Counted from the first letter of the stretch, positions 38,094 to 52,378 are shown. The stretch is 64,000 bases of DNA from Raja brachyura (GCA_963514005.1 OY740813.1:14756001-14820000); one strand, 5' to 3'. The notes: generated from the sequence alone by a model not told the origin. Translations and numbers: made by a program.

Positions 38094-38450
38094 CTAGAGG
38101 AAACAAGGGAAACTGGATGTTAGTAATAATTTGGCACTTTTTTTTGAAGTAACACCTGGGCTTGTCTGTTGTTAATTTGGATTGGAACATGTGCTTGGCT
38201 CAGCAAGTTCCACCAACTTGTCCTAAAGATTTCTGACTACTACTCCAGAGCTCCTGGGCAGTTCCCCCTGCACTGGAAATAAATGCCTAAACTTGATGGA
38301 TACTATTTACCATAAATGTTGAGAGATTCCCTAAATTGGACACCTGATGTGTCCTGGACTTGATGAGATTTTCTAAATTAAATAGACATCAAAAAGCCGT
38401 GAAAGGAAAATGCCTAAACTGGACGGACTGTACCCCTGATGTGATGTAAC

Positions 38451-38738
38451 AGCACAATGGTGTGGCGGTAGAGCTACTGCCTTGCAGCACCAGAGGCCCG
38501 GGTTCGAAACTGACTACGGGCGCTGTCTGTACAAGTTTGTACTTTCTCCCCGTGACCTGAGTGAGTTTTCTCCAAGATCTTCGGTTTCCTCTCAGACTCC
38601 AAAGACGTGCAAGTTTGTAGGATACTTGACTTGGTTATAAATATAAAATTGTCCCTAGTGTGTGTAGGGTGGTATTAATGTGCGGGGATCACTGGTCGAA
38701 GGGCCTGTTTCTGCGCTGTATCTCTGAACTTAACTAAA
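38451..38738 (+). mobile_element. tRNA-derived V-SINE (HE1-like)
   Basis: A-box-like TGGTGTGGCGG, B-box GGTTCGAAAC, V-domain-like GTTTGTACTTTCTCCCCGTGAC, and LINE-derived tail GAAGGGCCTGTTTCTGCGCTGTATCTCT. Confidence 0.8.
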
Positions 38739-39124
38739 TGACAGAAAACCTATGTTGAGGTTTTTCAAATTAGACTGGTACCAGGTACTTCTGATATTCA
38801 AAACTTGTCAAAATTGGAAAACTGCAGGTTCCCAGACATTTATATGCTGAAACCTTCAACAGGATCTTCCAACACATCACTACGTCAAGGCTATAACAGT
38901 TACTTTAACTTTTTTTTGGAACATAGCTGACCAAGATTCTGGGACCAAAGCTAGCAAATTGTGTCACTGTGGGGCCACAGCTGCTTTTAAAATGTTGCTC
39001 TTTCACACAGTACACATTAGCACTAAATACAAAATACTGTTAATTATCTTAGATGGTCCCTGAGTACTTTATACCAATGAAATACTTTTGGACTGTATTA
39101 ACTGCTGAAAGATAGGAAATGAAT

Positions 39125-39622
39125 GGCACAATGGCGCAGCTGGTAAAGCTGCTACCTCACACTGCCCAGGTTCAATCCTGACCTTGGGTGCTGTTCGTGT
39201 GGTGTTTGCACGTTTTCCTTATCAGCATGTAGGTTTCCATCGGTTTTCTCCCACATACCAAAGACGAGTGAGTTTGAGGGTTAATTGGCCTCTATAAATT
39301 TCCCAATTTCTGTCCACTGAATCGCTGCCTACCATCAATCACCTCTTTACAATAATCCTCCATTAATCCCAGTTTCAAAACTCTCGCCTTATTCTCATCA
39401 ACTATGCCCCCCCCCCCACCCCCAGCCCCTCAGACTCTGCTCTTCCCCCACAGAGGGGACAATTTACAGAAGCAAATTAGCCAACCAACCCACACATCTT
39501 TTGGAACGTGGAAGGAAACGGGCACCTGGAGGAAACCTATGCAGTTACATGCAAACTCCACACAGTCAGCATCTGAGGTCAGTATCAAACCTGGGTCTCT
39601 GGCACTGTGAGGCATCAGATCT
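39125..39622. mobile_element. two V-SINE fragments in opposite orientation
   Basis: Plus copy 39125-39300 (GGCACAATGGCGCAGCTGG...GGTTCAATCC) and minus copy 39452-39622. A further minus tail lies at 39901-40025. Confidence 0.7.
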
Positions 39623-41091
39623 ACCAGCTACAATTGACAACTACAATTGTTACACTTGTTTACTTGCGAATGAGTGTACTCATGACGTGACTTGGCTGGA
39701 CACCACCTAAAGCAGTTTTCCACTATATCTCTGTAAATGTAACCATAATTACATTTACAGAGAAATATTTACAAAGGTAAATATTTTTGGAAGTGAATTC
39801 TGAATTCCATATAGGCAAATTGATGTTCCCCAAACTGCTTTAATGCAGAGGTATATTGCACTTCATTAAAGCCTCACTAGCCTCAACATAGGTTTTCTGT
39901 CATTTAGTTAAGTTCAGAGATACAGCGCAGAAACAGGCCCTTCGACCAGTGATCCCCGCACATTAACACCACCCTACACACACTAGGGACAGTTTTATAT
40001 TTATAACCAAATCAAGTATCCTACAAACACCAACAACAGAACCACACTAAATGACTCCACTATCTTTCCATCCTTTGGAATGCCTGACTATCACAGATGT
40101 AAGGTTGCCAATCATTGACGGAATATCCTGATGTCTCCAGGATTTGAAGATTAATAATTGGAACAATGCTCGAAGCAACTCAGAAGAAATAACTTAGAAA
40201 TAAAAGAGAGATGGACACAAAATGCTGGAGTAAAAGGATAGGTGATGTTTCTGGTCGGGACCCTTGTTCGGACTGGACCGCTGAGTTACTCCAGTACTTT
40301 GTGTCTATCTTTGGTTTAAACCAGTATCTGTAGTTATATGTTCCTGCATTTGGGAATAAAGGAACATGCTTTGAATATTACCCAGATACAGGAGGAGACA
40401 ACAAATCACATGGTATTATTCAGCATTTATTTAGTGCCCTTAAATAGTGCCCATATATCAAGGTGCAATAAGGCAGAGAGGCGAATATGTTCCAGTATCT
40501 GTCATATGTTTTAACATGAGGTGTCACAAATAACCAAGAATGTGTTCCAAATAAAACTCCCCCGTGTAACATGTTGTCTTACACTTTGGAAAATTTGATA
40601 CGTCACTATCTTTTGTGGGGGAAAATACTTCAAAGTGTGTCCCATGGCCATTTTGTTTCAATTATCTCATCTGAGTTTGCCACAGACTATATTGCATCTG
40701 TGCTTGTCAGCATGAAGAGAAGTTTCAAGCGGCTTTTTAAATATAGCTGGAGGTTAGGGTGTAAATGGAGGGATGTTGCATTGGACAGTGCGATGAGGGG
40801 CGTACTCCACGGAATGAGTGTGGTGTAGTAACCAGTAATATGTGACGTGTGGTATATGAGGGAGCAGTGGCCTTGCTATATATGCGACTGAGGCTTAGCA
40901 GTCAATTCATATAACATGAAAGTTAAAATATTCTTATAATTAACCCCGCCAGTGCTCATGATCATGGTGATAGCTTTTTCCCAAACTCATTCTCTTTGCT
41001 CCTAATTTACTAGCCAGCCCTGGAGGGTTTGTCTGTGTGAAATTGCTTTTGATTCCTTTGTGCTAATTTGATGTGTTCGGCTATTGCGACT

Positions 41092-41095
<4 letters not shown>

Positions 41096-41122
<27 letters not shown>
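41096..41122. repeat. (CA)n microsatellite
   Basis: Direct reading. Confidence 0.9.
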
Positions 41123-41123
<1 letters not shown>

Positions 41124-42489
41124 CGCGGTGCGGATGCAGGTCAGCTGGTGATGTCATATTATATTTTTACTCTGCTCTTCGAGATTCCCAGGGGTTCTGG
41201 TACAATGTAAGGTTTAAACTGCCGGTTCTAAGGACAGGAAGACAAAGAGAGAGAGATGGTGTGCAGAAGGACGTTGCACAAATTGAGAAAGGCTAGTTAC
41301 ACGACTGTAAGACGGAGAATAAGACAAAAAGAGGGCAGACATACATGAGCAAGTGGACAGAACAGGAGAAAAGACAAAATGAGAGGAGGGTGGGAGTGGA
41401 AATGGAACTGATAGAAACATTAAGGCTACAAGGTGTGCAAGACACATCAAAGCTAAGCCGCAGTAGTGATTCCTGGAAACGAGACAGTCAGCCTAGTTCC
41501 TTTCCGTGAGCACTTCTTACAGCCTAGCTCTGGCCCAAATACAGGATGAGAGCAAATAAAGGAATGGGGTGGGAAAAATGGTTTAAAAATACGTTAGATC
41601 AGTAACACTAACCCTCCAATGTATACATCATTGCTTCCGCGCCCAAAACAGATCAAGAACTAAATAAATCCGCAAGGAAATCACAAAAACAAAACGCTGC
41701 AGGTGCAGAAAAAAAACTATAAATCTATCTTGTGGATGCTGTTAGACCCACTGAGTAATTCCAGTATTTTGTGTTTTAGTTTGACTCTGGAATTAGACTT
41801 CATATATTATAAAACATAGGATTGAAAGCAAGCACTCACCACATCGACAGATCACCTCAGATTTAGAAACAAAGAACTGCAGATGCTGGTTAATACACAA
41901 AAGGACACACTGTGCTGGAGTAATTGGGCAGGTCAGGCAGCATCTCTGGAGAACATGGATAGGTGAGGTTTTGGGTCGAGACCTTTCTTTCGATTCTGAT
42001 TGACCTCACATTAACTGTGTAACTTTCTCCAGCATTTCTCCAACATTAATCTCTTGTGCAAATCCATTTCCTACAACACTCCAACAAAGCTCGGGTTTCA
42101 CCCTAAGATTCCCTTTCTCAATGTTTCAGCTTTCTTTCCTCATTTAAGAAGTAAATTACAAGATACCTCTTTGCCCAAGTTCTTGGTCATTGCCCACTAG
42201 CATGGTATTTTACCTGATTACGTTCCTTCGAGGATGTTTTTACATTAGAGATGCAACATGGTTGCAAGTTCCAAGTCAGGCTGATTATTGTTATTCTTCT
42301 CTAAAAATTAATCTTCCCAGTAGCCTTACTTTTGTCAGGCAGCCAGCTGTGTAAGGCCAGCTTGAATGAAGCCAATACTATAAGCATGGATTTTGAACAA
42401 TAAAATGATGCCTGGTATCACCTGCGTCCCAATGACACAAGATCTCAGCAGTTTACATTGTGTGTGGCTGGATGCCACAATATCATCGT

Positions 42490-43100
42490 TCCACAAAAGT
42501 GAAGACCGATAGACAGAGTGGTGAAGAGTATTTGCACACTTGCCTTCATTGTTGGAATCACTGGGTACAGGAGTTAGGATTTTGGAATGCTTTGTATAGA
42601 TCTGGTTGCCCTGATAATGGAAGGCTGTTATTAAACTGGCAAATTTGTGCAACAAAGATACAAGGATGTTATTAGGTCTGGAGTTTTGAGGAGAAGGTAG
42701 ATAGACTGTGTCTTTTTCCCTCATAGTATAGGAAGCTGCTGCGCGACCTGATAGAGATATAGAATATCACGTGGGGCTTTGATAAAGTGAATAACCAGTC
42801 TTTTATCCAGAGTGGGAATCATGAACATGGGGACGTGAGTTTAAAGTGAAAAGGGAAAGATTTATCAAGAACTGAGAGCAACTTTTTCACACCAAGGGCG
42901 ATAGATATATGCAACGAGCTGCCAGAGGAAGTAGTAGAATTACAATATTTAAAGCCTTTGGAAGGTACATGGGTAGGAAAAGTTTGGAGGGATATGGGTC
43001 AGGAGCAGGCAAGTGGATCTTCCTTGGTTAGGCAACTTGGTCAGCATGTGGACAAGTTGACTCAAAGATCGTATTTCCGTAGTGTATAGTTCAATGACTC
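42490..43100 (+). mobile_element. degenerate CR1-type LINE 3' fragment
   Basis: GACCTGATAGAGATATAGAATATC...GAGCTGCCAGAGGAAGTAGT...GGATATGGGTCAGGAGCAGGCAAGTGG. Confidence 0.7.
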
Positions 43101-43344
43101 TCTACTGTCAAACCATGTCATAATGTTGTATATTTATCCCTCACTCTTTTGAACGAGAGAGTGTAGGCCTAGTCTAGTAGATCTCTCCTAATAGAACCCT
43201 TGTCCCAAGTATCAATCTTGTGAGTTCTTGCAGCGCTTCCTCTAGGGAGACCAGTACTGTACATAATATACCATTTGCCTCCCTGCTTGCTTTCCACATC
43301 AACAAGTCATCTTTCATGGGCATAGACAAGCAGGTGCCTCTGAA

Positions 43345-43450
43345 CACCTGAGCAAAAATAACAAACTGTTGGAGGAACACAGTGGGTCGGGGCAACATCT
43401 GTGGAGGGAAGGGACAGACGATGTTTCGGGTTGGGACCCTTCTTCAGACT
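43345..43450 (-). mobile_element. PLE terminal repeat with hammerhead-like core (CpG-decayed)
   Basis: The minus strand reads AGTCTGAAGAAGGGTCCCAACCCGAAACATCGTC. Other degenerate copies lie at about 6270, 16350, 18318, 23925, 28735, 40210, 41865, 52805, 55310, 58765 and 61685. Confidence 0.7.
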
Positions 43451-44845
43451 CTGAACACCAACCTTTCAATCTCTCACAACAAATATATTTTATATATCCT
43501 TTATTTATTGATATCAACAAGGATGCCTTCACATTTTCTGCCATGGCCTTGCCCTTTCACTTACCTTCCCAATACCCCTGGGGCCTCTGTACATCATCCT
43601 GACTACACACGCTGTCACCCAGCTTTGTGTCATCTTTGAATCATCAGATGTGTCATGCACATGAGACTGTGCAGCAGGACAAAACCGTGAGCTTTGTGCT
43701 GCAAAAACCTTCACCCGTCTTTTTGATCTGTCCTGCTTTGAAATGACTAACATTTAATGATCTCTGACTGATGATATCTTGCTGCCTCCCCGGTAACATA
43801 TTTGAGCAGTTTTAATATTCCTGGCGCTTTTAATTGTAAACTCTAATTAATTGTTTATCAGCTTGCCCCTCTCGTTGCTCTTCACAATCTGGGGCAAGAC
43901 TAAATAAGAGAACACAATGCTGATAATTACATGCCCTGGTTAATGATGTGCCATTGCAGTTCAGCATTCATTACCATATAGTGTACACACACACAGCTCT
44001 AATTCATAGTTTATGGGAACATATGGGAGGTGGGACAAGAGCCTGTAGTTAAGGGTATAGAGGAATGTTATTCCCTAATTAGAGTCCCATTTATTCCATG
44101 AATTGCGAGCATGTTGGGTGGTGTCTGTAGAAAGGACAGACTTTTATTTGAATGGTGCCTTTCAAGAGGACCCTCAAGTCCCTGACAGCCAACAAAATAA
44201 TTCAGAAGGGTAATCTTTATTATAATGTGGAGGAACTGAATTTGCACACCGTAAATCAGTAAGATAACCAGGGTGAACTGGGGACAAAGTAGGAAGAAAG
44301 CTAGCTGTGTAAATCCAGGGGAGAGGGAGGTTAGGCCAAAGAAAATCAGCCCCAGCCCCACAGCAGGAGATTAATAATATCACCATCGGTTTGTTTTAAA
44401 TGTGTGAAGTTAATCTCTCCTTCGTTTTTATTATCCCTTTTTTATTTATAGCAGCTTATTTACATTTTACATTTATGGCTGTGCATTTTTTTTTACATAC
44501 TGAACATAAATTATGGGAAAATTGAGCGTTAAATGCCGCATAAGGTATATTATTGTGTTTGCTCCTGATCGAAATATTAATCATGTCGATTGATTGAGAT
44601 GAGTTTGTATTAGCACTCGGGCACCTGACGCAGGCTGGATGGATGCGGCTCTCTCCCTGCCCCTCCCCCCGATGCATGTTGCCCGTGAGGCTACAGGGAG
44701 ATGAGGTAATGTCTAGTTCAGCTGCAGCTCCTCACAATGCGTTTGACTGCACGCTTTCACATGGGCACTTTCCCCATCTCACCCCCTGCACACAGCTCAC
44801 CTGCACCTTCCCACAATCCGGCTGAGATACAGAATGATAAGAGGC

Positions 44846-44867
44846 GGGGGGGGGGGGGGGGGGGGGG
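44846..44867. repeat. poly-G run (others at ~46209, ~50519; poly-C at ~54258)
   Basis: Direct reading. Confidence 0.85.
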
Positions 44868-47800
44868 AAATGCTCCAATGCCTAACTATAATTAATCGGC
44901 GTGAAGTAAAATGATTGAGCAGCGACAGTCATTGAATCACGAGGCAGGAAATTGGCTAATTTATGTTCCACGTTTCAGCATGAGTGTTATGCAGATTCGA
45001 ATGAGTTTATATGTGTGTGTTTATTTATATGCTTGTGCCGATATGGTACTGAGTATACTTGTCTATGAAAATAGATAATAGATACACAATGTAAGACTGG
45101 CGACTACAGCAGGAGGTTGCAGTAAAGCATTGGGACCATGGTGATTTACAGCGTTTACATGTTGTCCCTACCAGTCCTGTGTACAGAGCAAGGGGGCAAG
45201 CCCACCCCGTCAGCACATTTTATCAAGGAACAGGCTTGGTATTCTAAAGCTGCAGGAAGCCTTTGGTTTCTCAGGTGTAAATACACTTTTATCACGTCTA
45301 TACTTTAAAATACAATGTTAAAGATAGTGTTGCCTCTGACACTGTGCAGTACATGGAACGCTGGTGCCGCCTGGAGCAGGCTGCAAACAAATCAAACGCG
45401 AGGGGGTGTTTCATATCAAATTTCCATCCTCTCACCAATTCCATTGCTTCTCAGTGCATGAGCCTCAGTGACTAAACGTGGAGGTAAACCAAATCAGGGA
45501 TACATCTACAACAGGGGATTCCCCCACCACCTATTCACACCATTGCCCAACCTTCCTAGGAAGGTCAAGGATAACTTAAAGTCAGACAGCACAGGAACAG
45601 ACCCTTTGGCCCAACTCGCCCATGCCGACAAAGATGCCCCATCTAAACTAGTCCCATTTGATTTGTTTCCAATATGTGTGTGCTCTGAAGTGGCTGATGT
45701 ACAATCTTTGTGGAATCCACACTGCCAAAGGCTGGCTTGTATGACAGGGTGGTTGGGTGTGTCCCCAATGTCCCTGGCCATCCATTTCTCTGTCCCTGGC
45801 AATCCACTTCTCCTTATCCATCACATAACTGCACTGTTAATCCCCAGCCCCAACCCACAGCTCCACTAAACATTTCCTTATGAAGTACTGAAAAGTAAGG
45901 AGCCCCCTGCAACTCAGATTTTAGTATGGGTAGATGTGAGGTGTTACATGAATCTGCTAGAAAATTATCAACCGAGAAAATTATCCATTTTGAACCTTGT
46001 AGAACCAGCCTCCTACTAGTCTGCTACTTTAACTCAGCCTTTCAAAAAAAAAAAGCAGGGTTTCAAAACAGTGATGTCACGGAGAGACACAAAGAACCCT
46101 TGCGGTGGGAAGCAATGACGTGGCATGGTGGGGAACAAAAATACAGGCTGGGGTTTGGAGTAAGAAATGTTGGAAACATCAAGAGCATGGAGCAGGGACC
46201 AACATGGTGGGGGGGGGGGGGGGGAAGGGGTACAAAGATAACATGGGGTCATCGGTAGTAAGAGTAGCAGCAAGAGGGGCAGGCGGCAAGAAGACATGGG
46301 GTTAGCAAGCTTGAAAATACGCAGAGGGAGCTGGAACACCATGAGCATATAGTCGAGGACCAAGAGTAAAGGGCAGCATGAACGTGGGGTGTGCCAAGTG
46401 CAATACAGGAAGTAGCATGAACATAGGGATCGGACAGTCACCCACGCGAACTGGTGTGGAGGAGAAAGATGTTGCCACAGGTGAATACGTTTGTTGCAGA
46501 GAATAGCTTAGGTGGGAAGCAGGCCAATAGGGGGACAGGGACTGGGGTGCAGTTGAGATAGTGGGGAGCAGGGACACCAACAGGAACCTGGGGGGGCGGT
46601 TGTACCAAAGCCTTCCTGACATTTGTAGTTAATTTCACCAATGGATATTTATCCCTTCTGTTCCAGCGAACTGCCTACAGAAACAGTGTAAAATCAATAA
46701 CCTGTTAATAGAATCTGCATAATAGCACTGCTGGTTGTGAACTCATTTTACGGGAAGTGTTTTTGATGCATCGATGGTGAGTCACTTACTGAAATGTAAG
46801 CAGCTTACATTTCTTATGCCTAAACTCTGCTGGACTCCAACAGTGCTTTCTGCCTTTTCAATAATGCATGAAGTGCCCATTAAACCCAGAATAGCATTTT
46901 ACGTTTTCTGGATTAATCACAAGGTTTGCTCATTCGGGATCTAACTTCAGCCTGTCCTAAGAGGTAATTCACTGATCATCCGTCCCACAACCAAGTTCCA
47001 CCATTTAGAATATTAATGATATTCAGCCATGAACTCATATCAAATCCCATGACCTGAGAGAATAATTTCCATCACATCTGAAATTGCCAGGGTTCAGGTT
47101 AAGAATGAAGGAGGGATAATGCAATTACCATAATAATCTCACAATCAACTGTAGTCTATAGAATATGTAGAAGTGGCTTTGGAATGTGATTTACCAAGTG
47201 TGATTCCATACATCACTTTGGTACAATATGAACTAATGAATATTCAACGGGTTGTGCTAAACCAGAAATGATGTCTGCTTTATCAGAAAAGAGTTGATAT
47301 TTGTAAAGAATGCCCAGTCAGAGTCAATTATCGTCTGTAACCACCAAGGAACTGATAGATGAGGATCGCCAGATTCTTTAGCAAATCTGAACCACGAGAA
47401 CTCATTTGTCTGATGATTTTGAGGATTATGTCAGTAAAAATCACTTTTCCCTCTATTCTACAAAGTGCAGGAGTGTGGCCACGGTTTGCCTGCTGTTCCC
47501 AGCAGAGGGTCTATTATCATCCGTTACAATCCTTCTACTCTTTTAAATCTCTTTTCCAAGTACTTGTGCATGGCTCAATTGTACTCATGCATGGTATGTT
47601 TTGACAGAATCGCAGGCAGGACAAAGTTTTTCACTTTATCTCTGTACTCATAATAATAATAAACTAACTCCAAGGTATTAAATTAGGAATATTCTTTGCC
47701 TGTAAAAACTATAGCTTCCAAATTGAGGCAATTACCAGGATTGATACTATTTCACCCAGACATTAAGTGAAATTACAGAAACATCAGAATGCTACAGATT

Positions 47801-49269
47801 ATTCCCCTCCTTTGTGCAAAACGATCACAGATTCCATTATTGGTCCATTTTAACATAGCTACATTCCACCAGGGAGAAAATGACAGAGTTTCAGTTAGTC
47901 ACAGCTGCCCTGGTATAACAAAAGCAGAGAGGTTGAAGGAAATGGTAGGATTCCAGCTTGGTAGACTGCAATCCAGGGTCTTGCTCATGATAGTATGGTA
48001 TGAATGGATGATATTGGATGACATTGGTTTCAGTTTGACATACCTCATCTCCAGAAGATATTCACTATCTAAACACTAGCACAAAAGGTGCCCGTCTGAA
48101 TGATGAATTAATGAATGAGCAACGTTGGCAAAGGTCATGTTTTTAGCAAAGACAAGAGCCACATTGACGTCTCTAGCCTGTGTATTTTTCCCCAGTGGCC
48201 CAGATAATAAAAAGTAAGTATCCATTCAACAACACCCTGAACTACATAATGAAACTTTATCCTAGTGTCGGTCTAATGGACCAGTGTTCTCACATCTACT
48301 GCAGAATTCTCAGTAATATTACGCTGCATTGCTTTGGTGATGAGACACTCAGTTTGTACAATGCGTGCCACACCCATGCTGATGAGGCTCCCAGTTTTAT
48401 CACCACTGTGACAGCAGTTCTGGCTATACCAGTCTGATGCACCCATTATCAGAGGATAATAAGGCTGCCAATTATAATGCAACATGATAAACATTGTGTT
48501 AATAATATGGCTCCTCATTATAAAGCTGAGAATTCCACTCTGAAGGTAAGTCTTGGTTGTGCCACTGTGTGCTACATTCCATGATTAAAAAGGTTTGCAA
48601 GCATAATTCAATGGGGGAAATTTGCAGAGCCCAGAATAATCGCCAAAGAAATTCATTTCTGAAAGAGATTATTCTGTTCGGCTTTCCACAGTCACTTGTA
48701 GTTGAAATTAAGGTTATGACCTATTCTAACCAATACAAACAGCCTTTACACATCACACAGTGTGATTCTCTGGACCCTGAACAGATTAATATTGACCCAA
48801 ACTGTAACTGGGAAATAGCAGACAAACCTGGTTTTCCAGTTATGACCTTTCTGACGCTGCCGCTGACCTTAACTGTCCTGAGATGGAACATTTAATGGGG
48901 TCAGAGGCCGGATCCTGTTACCTTTTACTACAGAGACCAGCCTCGTGCTCCCAGATGAATTCCAATTGGAGTTGTTTTATAGTGAGAAGAAAAGACAGCT
49001 ATGTTTAGCGCTGAACTGGCATGCGGCCATTTCCAACAGCTCAGTAGGAATATGATTTGAGAGAAATAAACCATGGGAAACCTTTGGCTTTATTGTCACC
49101 TCATTCAAAGAAAGATTTAGATGCATAAAATATATTTTACAACCTCTACAAATTATTACATTGTAAAGAAGGAAATTTGCCAAATTTTCCCACAAACGTG
49201 AATGTGAGAATGACAAACCAGTTGTTTTAATTAATGTTGGTGACGAGGCAAACATTAGCTAGAATGTAC

Positions 49270-49640
49270 GCAGCAATAGAGTTGATGCCTCACTGTCAGA
49301 GACCCCGAGTTCGATCTTGACTATGGGTGCTGTCTGTGTGGAGTTTGTACGTTCTCCCTGTGACTGCATGGGCTTTCTCCAGGTGCCCCGGTTTTCTTCC
49401 ACATTCCAATGACATGCAGGTTAATTGGCTTCTGTAAATTTCCCCTAGCATGTAGGATGCAAAAGTGGGATAACATAGAAAATAGGTGCAGGAGTAGGCC
49501 ATTCGGCCCTTCGAGCCGGCACCACCATTCAATATGATGATGGCTGATCATAGAACTAGTGTATGGGTGAGTGATGGCTGGCGTGGACTTGGTGATCCTA
49601 AGGGCCGGTTTGCACACTGTATCCCTGAAAACTAAAACAC
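49270..49640 (+). mobile_element. V-SINE carrying a nested reverse CR1 tail
   Basis: The SINE body is interrupted at ~49481-49547 by AATAGGTGCAGGAGTAGGCCATTCGGCCC...GGCTGAT, with CATAGAA on both sides. Confidence 0.78.
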
Positions 49641-51625
49641 TCAGGATTACCCAGGCCATCTTCTTAAAGGATGATTATGTCTTTGATAACTATCTTGGTT
49701 TAATTTCTCATCTGAAGGACTGACACTGCTGCACACCCTCAGAACTGCACTGAAGTGTCAAACTGAATCCATAGGGAAAAATGAATGGCATATAATCCAC
49801 AATCTGTCCACTAGATGGGTCCATTGTTCCCACATTCTATGTCCTTATGGCATTCCTGAGCCCAGATCCGTGTCCCTGGATGCAGCTCCTGAATGCAAGG
49901 GGGCAGTAACTGGGCAGCAAGAAGACAAAGCATGTTTTCAAGGTAACAATCACAAACTCAACCACAGCTTTAAACCAAACCAAACTGAACTTTGAGGTAA
50001 TTAATTTCCAGTCTGCAACTCATTCTCGGTTTATCCCTGCAGCAGTGTCAGTTCGCCAGTGGAGCCTGAGTTTTGGGGAGAGGTTGGGCAGGCTTGGACT
50101 TTATGTCTCCGAGCACACGAGACTGAGGGATGAAGGAGCAATGACTAGAGAAAACAGCAGAGTAGGAGCGAGTGGAGCAATGAGGAGATGGTGCCATGGC
50201 ACTAGTTAGTGTATAAATATTTCTAAAAATATCCGTCTAGCAAATACACAATTAAAACAAAATGAGATTCTTGGGGTTGGCCCTCAGAGGTGGTTTGCAC
50301 AGTAAAATCTGCTACTCCCCTCAGAAAGGTTGTTCATCATCAGTCTATATTATGTATTCAAATCTCTGCAATGGATTAAAATCGACAAACAAGATGAAAG
50401 TGCTACACCCTGGAAAAGAATGAAATCCTGTAGGATTTGCAACAAAGGAGAAAGAAACAAAGGAACGGCCACATTGGAGCTTCTGTGGTGTATGTCCAGA
50501 GTGCATTGGTGAAAACGTGGGGGGGTGGGGGGGGGGGGGGGGTGGGGAGGGGGGAAGAGATGAGCAACAGGACAAACTGGTCTCTCCAACCAAGCGCAAC
50601 TTGTATTTGAGCTTAAACACAACCTTTTCCTCTCAGAAGTCTGTGCAGGGACTGTCTGCAGATTCCCCTCACACACACACTGTCCCTGCTGAGACCACTG
50701 AGCCACTCACTAATATACAGACGTCATCTGTAGTGGATGCCTGATATCAACACAGCTTCCCATCACAAATGCTCAAGTACTTGAGCTGGAAAATGGAGAA
50801 GTGGAAGAAACGGTGAACAACATTGATAGTGTACGGGATGCTGAATTTGCCAGTAATGAACAGCAAATAATTTCTTCATAAATCTGCAACCCTGGTGCAG
50901 GAGCAATTAATCCTTCAGCACAGACGTCACAGCTCAGCAGCGAATGGGAGCACACAGACTGACACCACTGCACCAGCATGAAAAACAGTCGCGAAACCAG
51001 TCACGTCATCTTAAGCTGGAAGATAAAATCCTGGATTGTCTTCAAGATAATAATCACAAACTCAACCAAACCAAGATGAACTGTTAAGCAATTAACTTTC
51101 AGCCTTCAGTTCACTCGAGGTTAACCCCATGTAGCAGTGACTATTCACTAAGCAATGTCTTGAGGTGCATGGAGAGGTTGGGCAGGCTAGGACTTTATTC
51201 CTTGGAGTACTAGAGGCTGAGGTGTATAAAATCATGGGGAGGAGGAGATGAGGTTAGGGGAATCAAGAACCAGGGATCATAGGTTTAAGGTGAGAGGGAA
51301 AGTTTTTTGGGAACCTGAGGGGCAACTTTTTTCAATCACGGAATGGTGGGTATATTGACCAAGCTGTCAGAGGAAGTAGTTGAGCCAAGTGCAATTACAA
51401 CAGTTGAACGACATTTGGACATGTATGTGGATAGGAAAGGTTTAAAGAGACATGGGCCAAAACTCATGCTGTTAAAACGACAAACTGGTTTGGATGTGGC
51501 ATCTTGATAGTCATGAACAAGTTGAGCTGAAGGGCCTGTTTCTGTGCCGTATGACTCCAAGTATAAATTGGATTCGGTAATGGTGCCTTCTGCATTCAAA
51601 TATCTCTCAAACATTATCTATTTGG

Positions 51626-52378
51626 CTCAAAATGTCAGAGTGACTCAGAGGGTCAGGCAGCATCTCTGGAGAAAATGAATAGGTGACGTTTCGGGTCAAG
51701 ACCCTTCTTCAGACACTTCAGAGACCCTTTTTGCTCCAGAGATGCTGCCTGGCCCGCCGTGTCTACTCCAGCATTTTGTGTCTATCTTCGGTGGAAACCA
51801 GCATCTGTAATTCCTTCCTACAGTACTATCCATTTGGCGTTTAAGAAGGAACTGCAGATGCTGGAAAATCTAAAATGCTGGAGAAACTCAGCGGGTGAGG
51901 CAGCATCTATGGAGCAAAGGAAATAGGCAACGTTTCGGGCCGAAACGTTGCCTATTTCCTTCGGTGTCTGAAGAAGGTTTTCGGCCTGAAACGTCGCCTA
52001 TTTCCTTCGCTCCATAGATGCTGCCTCACCCGCTGAGTTTCTCCAGCACTTTTGTCTACCTACTATCTATTTGCCTTCAGGCATGCAGGGGGTGGGGGCA
52101 AGGGCAGGTGTGGGGAAGGGTACTCTGAACTAGAAAGGTAGACAAAAAATGCTGGAGAAACTCAGCGGGTGCAGCAGCATCTATGGAGCGAAGGAAATAG
52201 GCAACGTTTCGGGCCGAAACCCTTCTTCAGACTGGACCAGACAATATCAAATAGAACAAGGTCTCGACCCGAAACGCCGCCTATCTCCTTCGCTCCTTAG
52301 ATGCTGCTGCACCTGCTGAGTTTCTCCAGCTTTTTGTGTAACCCTCGATTCTCCAGCATCTGCAGTTCCTTCTTTAAC
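51626..52378. mobile_element. cluster of three fold-back PLE terminal-repeat insertions
   Basis: At least six tail copies in alternating orientation. Hammerhead-like cores lie at ~51682-51714(-), ~51965-51999(+) and ~52199-52233(-). A perfect inverted repeat with 22-bp arms spans 51917-51961. Confidence 0.8.

Noticed and set aside
38451-38520. tRNA gene suggested by A and B boxes
   Set aside because: It is the tRNA-derived head of a SINE, followed by the V-domain and a LINE tail.
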